A DNA stretch of 32,000 bases, from contig DAOUYY010000002.1 in the NCBI GenBank assembly GCA_030665885.1, forward strand, positions 5,537 to 37,536. The letters run 5' to 3'. Under the pieces are notes generated by a model that had not been told where the DNA came from, did no database searches, and was given only the letters and a program-made list of their open reading frames with translations. Position numbers and translations under genes: made by a program. Below, one piece after another: positions 24,623-31,740 of this stretch (its first letter is position 1; each line of letters begins with the position of its first letter). The DNA comes from Fidelibacterota bacterium. Lineage in GTDB: Bacteria > Fidelibacterota > UBA2242.

Positions 24623-26020
24623 CTAACCTTTCGTCTCAAGCATTTTTTCAATCAAGATCTCTTCTTCCTTTCTATAAATTTCAACCCCTTGAAACATGTT
24701 CTCAATGTAGTATTGTGCGTGGCCAATAGATATAGTAACACCCTTGTATAATTTACCTCTAACTTTAATAGACCTGTCATGATCGAAGCTATTTATACTA
24801 ACATCAACACTTTTTTTCTGACTTTCTAATTTCTGAAAATGCGTTTTCAAGTTCTTAATTTTTTCCCCGATTTCCTCAAGTTCTTTACATTTTTCAGCAG
24901 ATAATGATATAACACGTTCCCGTAAAAGCTTTAGAAACGCTTCTCTTTTATTTAGCAGTGAAAGCCTTGATTCAAGATCTTCGATCTCCTTGATATTCAA
25001 TTTTTGCGAATCCACTTTATAATAGTTATTTCCCCCGATTCCAAGCTCTGTGGGTATATTGTTTGTAGAACCAACTTCAAGCACTTCAATTCCCTGATCC
25101 CCAAAAGTTTTGCCTCCGCGAATCAGCCCTTCATTCTGCAAGAGAATCACTTTCTCACCAGAAAAAATACTACTGTTGATTAAATAATGTTTAATAACAA
25201 CATCTTTCTTTACACTAACTGTTGCATCCTGAATAAATCCAGCACGAAGACCTCCTCCGGCTAATATTTTTGCTCTTCCCTTTCCCAGAATTCCCAATTG
25301 AACAATTACATCACCCCTTTGAGAATAAATATCCGACGCTCCAACGTTCCCTTTAATATATATTGAATCTGTCGCTTCAACTCTAAAACCTGATCGGACA
25401 TCTCCTTCAATTAGAATTTTTCCAGCAAATTTCACATTCCCCGTGCTAAAATCGACATCCCCTTTGATGTGATAAACGTTATCTACATGTACTTTACCAG
25501 ATTTTAAAAAAACATATCCATCTATTTTAGAACAAAGTGTCAATCCATCAGCAGAAATTATAGCGTTATTACCAGATGGAAGGATTATATCTTCGCCAGC
25601 TGAGAATATCGTTTCTCCCATCACATTTTTCCCATCTTCTCCATCAGTTGGAGGTAGCTTCGATACGATACTCTGACCTTTTTTAACACGAGTGAATTGT
25701 CTTATCTGTTTGAAATCTGCTTTCCCATGCTCTGTAATCATTGGTTTAGAGGAAGAACTCAGATTCAAATACCAAACCAACTTTGCGTTTTCACCCTTAA
25801 TTGGGGGTTTTCCGCTTGCAAAAATCATCTCATTAACGGGATGTCTATCAGAAATGATTTTAGTAATTACCTGTTTATTTTCACCATAAAGAACTCCGGC
25901 TTTACGGATAGTGTTGTAAATTTCCTTATCGGAAGGGAATTCCTCTTCTCCCTCTGCGATCGAGATTTTCGCCTCCAATTTGTCCTCAGAAATGGTGATT
26001 TTAATATCTTTCATTACCAC
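24623..26020 (-). CDS. FapA/DUF342-family protein (flagellar assembly protein A-like)
   Basis: 465 aa. The N-terminus is IKITISEDKLEAKISI...KEIYNTIRKAGVLYG. The central beta-helix repeats are GDVDFSTGNVKFAGKILIEGDVRSGFRVEATDSIYIKGNVGASDIYSQRGDVIV. The C-terminal coiled coil is typical of DUF342. Confidence 0.85.
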   Translation of the reverse strand: MVMKDIKITISEDKLEAKISIAEGEEEFPSDKEIYNTIRKAGVLYGENKQVITKIISDRHPVNEMIFASGKPPIKGENAKLVWYLNLSSSSKPMITEHGKADFKQIRQFTRVKKGQSIVSKLPPTDGEDGKNVMGETIFSAGEDIILPSGNNAIISADGLTLCSKIDGYVFLKSGKVHVDNVYHIKGDVDFSTGNVKFAGKILIEGDVRSGFRVEATDSIYIKGNVGASDIYSQRGDVIVQLGILGKGRAKILAGGGLRAGFIQDATVSVKKDVVIKHYLINSSIFSGEKVILLQNEGLIRGGKTFGDQGIEVLEVGSTNNIPTELGIGGNNYYKVDSQKLNIKEIEDLESRLSLLNKREAFLKLLRERVISLSAEKCKELEEIGEKIKNLKTHFQKLESQKKSVDVSINSFDHDRSIKVRGKLYKGVTISIGHAQYYIENMFQGVEIYRKEEEILIEKMLETKG

Positions 26021-26068
26021 TGTTAGATTTGGGAATAAATCTCTTGAAAAAATAGTCCATTCAAATAA

Positions 26069-26365
26069 TCATGAGCCTTTTATTTTCTTAGAGGATTCCC
26101 GAGTTTTCATATATTCAAATCGAATCTTTGCAACTTTTCCACACGAACACTTGTGAACTACTCCTATTATTTCTCCGTCCTCAACAATTGGCTTAATTGA
26201 TTCATTTTCCTCATCTTCAAAATCAGATTCATCAATTTCAACTTTTAACGGAGACTGCATATTGACTAATTGAGTTTTAATAACTGTATGTTTTGGAGAA
26301 GATTTATGTTTTATTCCGGAAATTCTATCATCTAAGAAAGGTTTAAATTCTTTATCCATTTCCAT
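26069..26365 (-). CDS. Hypothetical 98-aa protein (acidic centre, C-terminal CxC beta-hairpin-like tail)
   Basis: ORF in frame with upstream decayed sequence. It has an acidic run EIDESDFEDEENES and then IIGVVHKCSCGKVAKIRFEY. I recognise no family. No clear Shine-Dalgarno is present. Its coding status is uncertain. Confidence 0.4.
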   Translation of the reverse strand: MEMDKEFKPFLDDRISGIKHKSSPKHTVIKTQLVNMQSPLKVEIDESDFEDEENESIKPIVEDGEIIGVVHKCSCGKVAKIRFEYMKTRESSKKIKGS

Positions 26366-26510
26366 ACTATTAATATCTTCTTTTTTTAGGAGAGACCATA
26401 ATGAACTGTTCCATCTCCGACATTACATATCATAGAGAATAATATTCTTAAAAAAATTATGAAATTTATCCCCTAAATATATATCCTTTCCGTTTAGATA
26501 AATCAAATTA

Positions 26511-26654
26511 TCACTTTTCTTCCATTTTCTTCAAAACGTCCAGACCACTCTCAGCCTCAGTAATATTACTAAATCCAATTTTCTTAAGTGAATTCATTAT
26601 AATTCGTCTAATTGTTGGTGAATCATCGACAAAAAGCACTTTTTTATCCAGCAT
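26511..26654 (-). pseudogene. Truncated CheY-like receiver fragment (47 codons); likely a decayed REC gene
   Basis: The minus strand reads MLDKKVLFVDDSPTIRRIIMNSLKKIGFSNITEAESGLDVLKKMEEK*, which covers beta1-alpha1-beta2-alpha2 of a REC domain only. AGAGGAAAGAA lies before the ATG. Downstream, REC-like pieces appear in other frames (IILYD, then MSEMEQF, then SLLKKED). It is below the ORF-track size cutoff. Confidence 0.55.
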
Positions 26655-26720
26655 TTCTTTCCTCTTTCTTTTTCAAAACTACGATGTTTATCTCAATCTT
26701 TCACAAACCAAACTCTTTTC

Positions 26721-27623
26721 TTAAGTCTGCAACAGATCGACCATTTTCTTGATTGTCTCCAATTCATCCTCGAGTCCAGATACAAAGCTCTCAAAATCTA
26801 CTCCATCTAATCTCTTAAATTCATTTTGTAGAATTTTCCACCCATCTTCGCTTTGAGGAATTGAACTATCATACTCAGTCCCAAAATTAATAGATTTGAA
26901 ATTGCACACCATATCCGCTATTTGCAGCAAAGACACACATACCTTAAATCTGTAATCAGAAATCTTCTCCGGGTGATGATGATATCCGATAGCATTTATT
27001 ACTTCTTCAGTCATTTTCCACCTCTCAGCAATCCACATACCCACATCTGAATGGGTAACACCAAACACCTCTTTCTCAGCAACAAAACTGGAACACCTTT
27101 TGTTGTTTGCCAGTTCAAAGGATTCAATATAACATTCCGGGTCAATACGATAGAGAACTAATTTTCCAATATCATGCAAAAGACCAAGAGTATAAAAACT
27201 AGTCTGTGTGGGATATTCCAACCCTTCAACCACTAATTGAGCAACATACCCACATGCGACCGAGTGTTTCCAGAATTGCTTCCAATTGAGATTATAACCT
27301 CCAATATCGTGACTTAATTCCTTGATAACCGAAAAACTGAAAGCGATGTTGCTAAGTTCTCGCATACCAATAATAACAATGGCATGCCGTAATGACTTTA
27401 CATCTGTTCTCATACCATAATAGGCAGAATTAGCAATTTTCAAAACTTTCATCGCAAGGGGTGGATCTTTTTCCATAATAGGTAATAATTGGCTTACAGA
27501 AAGATTGTCCTCACGTGAAGCTCGAAGTATTTCTGTCGCTATTATAGGCAAAGTCGGCAAAGTCGTTAAAGAAAAGATCTGATCCCTATAATATTCAGGA
27601 GAACGGTTTTTCTTAATAGTCAT
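26721..27623 (-). CDS. HDOD domain protein (paralog 2)
   Basis: 300 aa. LPTLPIIATEILRASREDNLSVSQLLPIMEKDPPLAMKVLKIANSAYYGMRTDVKSLRHAIVIIGMRE is the HDOD signature. It is followed by HD-like GLLHDIGKLVL and HH residues. Confidence 0.88.
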   Translation of the reverse strand: MTIKKNRSPEYYRDQIFSLTTLPTLPIIATEILRASREDNLSVSQLLPIMEKDPPLAMKVLKIANSAYYGMRTDVKSLRHAIVIIGMRELSNIAFSFSVIKELSHDIGGYNLNWKQFWKHSVACGYVAQLVVEGLEYPTQTSFYTLGLLHDIGKLVLYRIDPECYIESFELANNKRCSSFVAEKEVFGVTHSDVGMWIAERWKMTEEVINAIGYHHHPEKISDYRFKVCVSLLQIADMVCNFKSINFGTEYDSSIPQSEDGWKILQNEFKRLDGVDFESFVSGLEDELETIKKMVDLLQT

Positions 27624-27655
27624 CTATTGTTCCATTCCATTCATAATTTACTTGA

Positions 27656-27671
27656 GTCAAATAACATGCCA
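27656..27671 (-). promoter_or_regulatory. Sigma-54-like -24/-12 promoter element upstream of the HDOD gene 26721..27623
   Basis: The minus strand reads TGGCATGTTATTTGAC (TGGCAT-N5-TTGA). It ends 32 nt before the ATG. This is the third copy of the same architecture. Confidence 0.5.
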
Positions 27672-27815
27672 AAAATCGTAGATCATAGTTTCCACATTCA
27701 TATTAAATCAAAGTTACCAAAACATTAAAAATCTCTTTTATTGATCCATCCATTCAAATATTTCTTATATTGAAAATTCTACTTTTGATATGGGAATATT
27801 TTACCACCCCAGCCC

Positions 27816-27828
27816 GGAAATAATTTCC
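27816..27828. promoter_or_regulatory. Perfect palindrome GGAAATAATTTCC (15 bp with its C/G flanks); candidate enhancer (UAS)
   Basis: CGGAAATAATTTCCG lies 144 nt upstream of the sigma-54-like element at 27656..27671. The 13-bp core is identical to the copy at 6647..6659. Confidence 0.5.
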
Positions 27829-27919
27829 GTCATTATAACGGTTAATTTATCTTGCCTTTCGTTTTTACTAACTTTTTCCATGTGGATGAGACCTCAGATT
27901 TAAGAATATTTTGAAAATC

Positions 27920-28381
27920 TCACTCATTAAACGAAAAAAACAGCAGCATGGGATATTCGTCAACGAAAAATCCAATTGTTTCGGTTTTATTAAGTATTTC
28001 CGTCCAGCCGGATGCACCAAGCTCTGAAACCTCCGGTATTGATAGGTTAAAAAGAGCCTTTTCACCAGCAATTGCAGTTAAGACCTGACCACAGGTAACA
28101 TTTAAAACCTCTTTAAAAGAATCTATTCCAAGATTCATTGCTTGTTCATCATCAGGATTTACGCCAAGGATATTGGCAGCGATCTCAATACACATTTCCT
28201 CCGAAACCGTAATAGAAATTTCTCCAGTCATTTCACCTGTAAATGTCATACTGGCACTTACATACTTATTATCAATAGGAGATAAAACATCTCTCTCAGC
28301 CGGTTCGCTAAACATAAACGCAAGTTTCTCCATTGCATCACAGAAAACATTGTATAAAAGTTCCTTTTGTTCAGCTTTCAT
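27920..28381 (-). CDS. cheX: CheX-type CheY-P phosphatase (CheC/CheX/FliY family)
   Basis: 153 aa. It has one intact family active-site motif, D-x3-E-x2-N (IDSFKEVLNVTCG), with a Pro about 22 residues downstream. Its size and single site fit CheX rather than CheC. It overlaps the cheY stop by 11 nt. Confidence 0.8.
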   Translation of the reverse strand: MKAEQKELLYNVFCDAMEKLAFMFSEPAERDVLSPIDNKYVSASMTFTGEMTGEISITVSEEMCIEIAANILGVNPDDEQAMNLGIDSFKEVLNVTCGQVLTAIAGEKALFNLSIPEVSELGASGWTEILNKTETIGFFVDEYPMLLFFSFNE

Positions 28382-28760
28382 CTAGACCTCCAACAATATC
28401 ATCAACAACCTTTCGCACCAACTCCGGTGTAAAAGGCTTTCTGATATAAGCACTAATCCCTTTTGATTTGAGCTGTTCGATACGCGTGGTACTCCCCTCA
28501 GTAGAGACAACCACCACCGGAATAGTTTTAAGAAGTCCATCATCAGACATCTTTTCGATCATCTCAACGCCCCCCATAACAGGCATATTAATATCTGAAA
28601 AAACCAAATCCACCCGATTTTCATTAAGTATCTCAAGAGCTTCTTTACCATTGGCTGCTTGATATAGTTCACCAACGGGAATTCCTACCAGTTTAAACGT
28701 TTTGGAAAACACTGCCCGTACTACAGCAGAATCATCAACGACGAGAATATTAAGAGCTAT
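28371..28760 (-). CDS. cheY: CheY-like single-domain response regulator; proposed non-canonical ATA start
   Basis: The frame is open from 28775 and reads (ATA)ALNILVVDDSAVVRAVFSKTF...DLVFSDINMPVMGG...VVSTEG...IRKPF. The acidic pocket DD, the acceptor D, the T/S and the K are all present. The only ATG, GTG or TTG is the GTG at 28712, which would delete beta1 and the DD pair. GAGAGGGG lies 7 nt upstream of the ATA at 28758..28760. Confidence 0.75.
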   Translation of the reverse strand: MALNILVVDDSAVVRAVFSKTFKLVGIPVGELYQAANGKEALEILNENRVDLVFSDINMPVMGGVEMIEKMSDDGLLKTIPVVVVSTEGSTTRIEQLKSKGISAYIRKPFTPELVRKVVDDIVGGLDES

Positions 28761-29625
28761 TTCTATTCCCCTCTCTTATTCCTGAACTGAACAAGCTGCT
28801 AAGTTCCTTCATCCCGCTCATAATTTTACATACCACGGTCTCCGTAATCTTAGCTGTAAGTTTCAACCGTGACGCCACTTCGGAAGATGAATGGTAGTTA
28901 AGTCCATCCTTCCCTATACCCAATCCGCCCATCATAGAAAGCACATCAGCAACATGAACCAAATCAAGTACGAGCGTATCTCCCTGGAACATATCTGGCT
29001 GATGGTGCCATCGATCAACATCCACAATACACTCCGGCAGATTCCATTTCTCAAGTAAAATCGCTCCTACCTCAGCATGATTAATTCCGAGCACCTGTTT
29101 TTCTGCCTGGTCAAATGAAACCCCCTTTTGAAATGCCAGTGTCATTATGGGAGCAGCATCCACTTCTACAAAAGTCCCCAATACAATCTTTCCAATATCA
29201 TGCAATAAACCAGCGGTAAATGTATAATCTGGCGCCTTTAAACTAAGGACTGACGCCAATTGTTCAGCCCCAATGGCTACAGCAACAGAATGTTCCCACA
29301 ACTTACCTGGAAGTAAATCATAGCCTTTAACTGCTTTTTGGGTCATGGGAGCGATGGCAGCTGCCACCGCAAGTTCATAGGTGCGTTTCATGCCCAATCG
29401 AACAATCGCATGCTGAATGGAATTCACCGATCTTGAAAATCCGAAGTAGGCAGAGTTAGCAAGACGAAGGATATTACTAGTCAACCCCGGATCATATTTG
29501 ATAGTCTGTGCCAGCTCCTTAAAATTGACATCAGGATTGCTAAGAAGTTTGCGGATCTTAACAATGACAGTAGGCATCGCAGGAATCAAACCAATTTTCG
29601 ATAAAATTTCATCTCTAAGGCTCAC
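28750..29625 (-). CDS. HDOD domain protein (paralog 1)
   Basis: 291 aa. IPAMPTVIVKIRKLLSNPDVNFKELAQTIKYDPGLTSNILRLANSAYFGFSRSVNSIQHAIVRLGMK is the HDOD signature. It also has GLLHDIGKIVL and HH residues. It overlaps the cheD stop by 4 nt. Confidence 0.88.
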   Translation of the reverse strand: MSLRDEILSKIGLIPAMPTVIVKIRKLLSNPDVNFKELAQTIKYDPGLTSNILRLANSAYFGFSRSVNSIQHAIVRLGMKRTYELAVAAAIAPMTQKAVKGYDLLPGKLWEHSVAVAIGAEQLASVLSLKAPDYTFTAGLLHDIGKIVLGTFVEVDAAPIMTLAFQKGVSFDQAEKQVLGINHAEVGAILLEKWNLPECIVDVDRWHHQPDMFQGDTLVLDLVHVADVLSMMGGLGIGKDGLNYHSSSEVASRLKLTAKITETVVCKIMSGMKELSSLFSSGIREGNRNSS

Positions 29626-30098
29626 AATTCCACCTCCTTACCCCCTGACTTTATTGTAGTCTTTCCCGTATCCATATATAGGTAAACGGTTCGAGCAATC
29701 GTTCCCCTAACATCTTCAGAGGTAATTAATATATTATTTTTCCAGAGTACTTTCCTCAGCACAGTATAGTTGCGCTCTCCAATTCTGAATAAATTATTTG
29801 AATCAAGTAATCTAGCTCCTCCCGCCACTTTGGTCACAAGATTTTCCCTCTTTGCTCCCATATCGAAAACAGCTTGCAACAATGCCTGCACTCCAGTGTC
29901 AGTAAACATATATGGATTTGCCCTTGCTTTAACAGGGTCGATTTTCGACAGCGGTAACATACAGTGAATAAGTCCACCAACACCAACAACAGGATCATAT
30001 AGGGACAGAGCAACACAAGAACCAAGTGAATAGGTGACAAGAATGTCATCACTCCTTTTTGAAACTTTCATGTCTGATATATCAACGGTTACCAACAT
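29622..30098 (-). CDS. cheD: Chemoreceptor glutamine deamidase / CheC-activator CheD
   Basis: 158 aa. LGSCVALSLYDPVVGVGGLIHCMLP contains the CheD catalytic Cys...His region. The remainder reads (..GAKRENLVTKVAGGA..FRIGERN..), which is typical of CheD. Confidence 0.9.
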   Translation of the reverse strand: MLVTVDISDMKVSKRSDDILVTYSLGSCVALSLYDPVVGVGGLIHCMLPLSKIDPVKARANPYMFTDTGVQALLQAVFDMGAKRENLVTKVAGGARLLDSNNLFRIGERNYTVLRKVLWKNNILITSEDVRGTIARTVYLYMDTGKTTIKSGGKEVEL

Positions 30099-30143
30099 TT
30101 AAATACCCAAAAGTTCTTATTTTGATTGATCTTTGGTATTGTA

Positions 30144-31235
30144 TTAGTCTTTCTTGTCGTTTTGATCAATATCAACAATCTTAATATCCCCAATATAATC
30201 TCTCGTTTCATATCTGGTAATATTGCCCAATTTCCCTGTAATTTTAGCCATTATATTTACTTGCTCTATAATTATTCTTATTGGATTCCATAGCGGACTA
30301 TCCTCTGATACATGCTTTAACATAAATTCGGAATATCCGGAAATCACCTGAAAAGGTTGATTTAATTCATGGCATGTAGTTCCGGCTATTTCAAGAATAG
30401 CCTGTAGTTTTTGCCTTTCTATTCGATCATCTTCTATCCGCTTCCTCTTTGTAACATCATCAATAATACCATCAAAGTATTTTACATCTCCTTTTTCATC
30501 TTTTACCACTACTCCAGATAGAGAACCGATGAAGGGAGTTCCATCCTTTCTCTTTAATTGTATCTCCTCACCTCTTAAAAATCCATCTCTCAACATTTTG
30601 GCATTTAACTTCATTAAAATGTCCGGATTTTGAAATAACTCAGCAAAATTTATTTTAAATAATTCCTCTTTATTCTTAAAGTCAAACATTTTAACAATCG
30701 CTGGATTTACATCGATGAATTTACCTTTTCCCCCATCGGAATTTCTAAATATCCCAACATTAATATTCTCTATAAAATTCCTGTATTTCTCCTCGCCCTC
30801 TATAAGAGCCTTCGTTCTTTCTTCCAAAATCTCTTCCAGATACTCCCGATATCCTTGGTTTTCATCTTTAAGTGTCTTTATAGCCGCAGCATTTGCTACT
30901 ACCTTTTTAAGCGCTTCTTTCGATGTTGGTTTTGATATATAATCAAACGCACCCGACCTTACCGCCTCTGCTGCAGTTTCAACCGTGGGCTCACCCGTTA
31001 TCATTATCACTTGAATATCTGCTGAGATCTCACGAATTTGCTTAAGAAGTCTCATCCCGCTAGTTTGCGGCAAAATTATATCACTTAAGATCACATCAAA
31101 GTCATATTTTTCCATAAGTCGGAGCGCTCCCTCAGCATTTTCTGCCATGTGAACCTCGTGATGATCTTCTTCAAGAAATTCTCTAAGTGTAACTCTAACA
31201 CCCCACTCATCATCAACTATTAGAACACTTGCCAT
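30144..31235 (-). CDS. REC-PAS protein ending in a DHp/HisKA-like H-box helix pair but with no HATPase domain
   Basis: 363 aa. The REC domain shows VLIVDDEWG, VILSDIILPQTSG and SKP. The PAS domain shows EEKYRNFIENINVGIF...DGTPFIGSLSGVVVKDEKGDVKYFDGIIDDVTKRK. The H-box is AGTTCHELNQPFQVISGYSEFML. The protein stops about 60 aa later, with no N/G1/F/G2 boxes. Confidence 0.85.
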   Translation of the reverse strand: MASVLIVDDEWGVRVTLREFLEEDHHEVHMAENAEGALRLMEKYDFDVILSDIILPQTSGMRLLKQIREISADIQVIMITGEPTVETAAEAVRSGAFDYISKPTSKEALKKVVANAAAIKTLKDENQGYREYLEEILEERTKALIEGEEKYRNFIENINVGIFRNSDGGKGKFIDVNPAIVKMFDFKNKEELFKINFAELFQNPDILMKLNAKMLRDGFLRGEEIQLKRKDGTPFIGSLSGVVVKDEKGDVKYFDGIIDDVTKRKRIEDDRIERQKLQAILEIAGTTCHELNQPFQVISGYSEFMLKHVSEDSPLWNPIRIIIEQVNIMAKITGKLGNITRYETRDYIGDIKIVDIDQNDKKD

Positions 31236-31306
31236 TATATTCCTAATTATAAACTGTCAATTTTCCCGACGGAATGCCTTCGGTATATATTGCAGATTTT
31301 TGATTT

Positions 31307-31740
31307 TAGATTTCGCCTGCCTGTCGGAAGACAGGGATTTTGGATTTAAACATTTCAACCTTTTGCATCAAATCCGTATTACGAATTCCACATTCCATAT
31401 TTGACATTTGACCTTCATCTTTCGATATTCAACATTCCGAATTCCGAATTCCAAAATCGACCTTTGACCTTCGACTTTCCGCATTCCGAATTCAGCAATA
31501 ATCATTCCAAATTTACAATTTAAAACTTTAGATTTCGCCTGCCTGTCGCCCACCTGCTGACGGACAGGCAGGGCTGACAGAGATTTCGCCTGCCTGTCGG
31601 CAGACAGGGACTTTGGATTTAAACATTTCAATCTTTTGCATCAAATCCGCATTACGAATTCCACATTTGACATTTGACTTTCGACTTTCGATATTCAACA
31701 TTCCGAATTACGAATTCCAAAATCAACATTAGACTTTCAA
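31307..31740. repeat. Intergenic repeat region: two copies of an approximately 165-bp unit (period about 273 bp) plus a third hairpin module
   Basis: GATTTCGCCTGCCTGTCG occurs at 31309, 31531 and 31582. Units 31307..31478 and 31580..31740 align at roughly 90% identity by eye. Hairpins are CCTGTC-GGAA-GACAGG (31320..31335), CCTGCCTGTC/GACAGGCAGG (31538..31572) and CCTGTC-GGCA-GACAGG (31593..31608). Short internal tandems such as TTCCGAATTCCGAATTCC and TCGACTTTCGACTTTCG are also present. Confidence 0.9.

Noticed and set aside
27868-28071. A 67-aa ORF overlapping the 3' end of cheX, and a 26-codon ORF (about 27802..27882) spanning the palindrome.
   Set aside because: The first is an out-of-frame overlap with a well-supported CheX gene. 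The second is tiny, lacks a Shine-Dalgarno and is explained by the regulatory palindrome.
12135-30052. Minus-strand ORFs nested in alternative frames of larger genes: 12135..12338, 15113..15307, 16078..16260, 21618..21833 and 29834..30052.
   Set aside because: They are wholly contained in fliK, fliI, fliH, the EBP gene and cheD respectively. They have no motifs, so they are frame artefacts.
397-30942. About 45 plus-strand ORFs of 60-161 aa in the track, for example 397..591, 6975..7460, 8180..8617, 13510..13965, 23755..24153 and 25697..26026.
   Set aside because: Each lies antisense to a minus-strand gene with strong family signatures. Their translations are low-complexity S/F/I/L-rich, as expected for shadow frames of AT-rich genes. 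None has recognisable motifs or a ribosome-binding site.
31368-31631. An 87-aa ORF (MKCLNPKSLSADRQAKS...) in the kinase/REC-PAS intergenic region.
   Set aside because: Its sequence is simply the translated repeat units. DRQAKS comes from the GATTTCGCCTGCCTGTCG repeats, and EFGMRK/EFGIRN come from the TTCCGAATTC micro-tandems. It has no ribosome-binding site, so non-coding repeat DNA explains it better.
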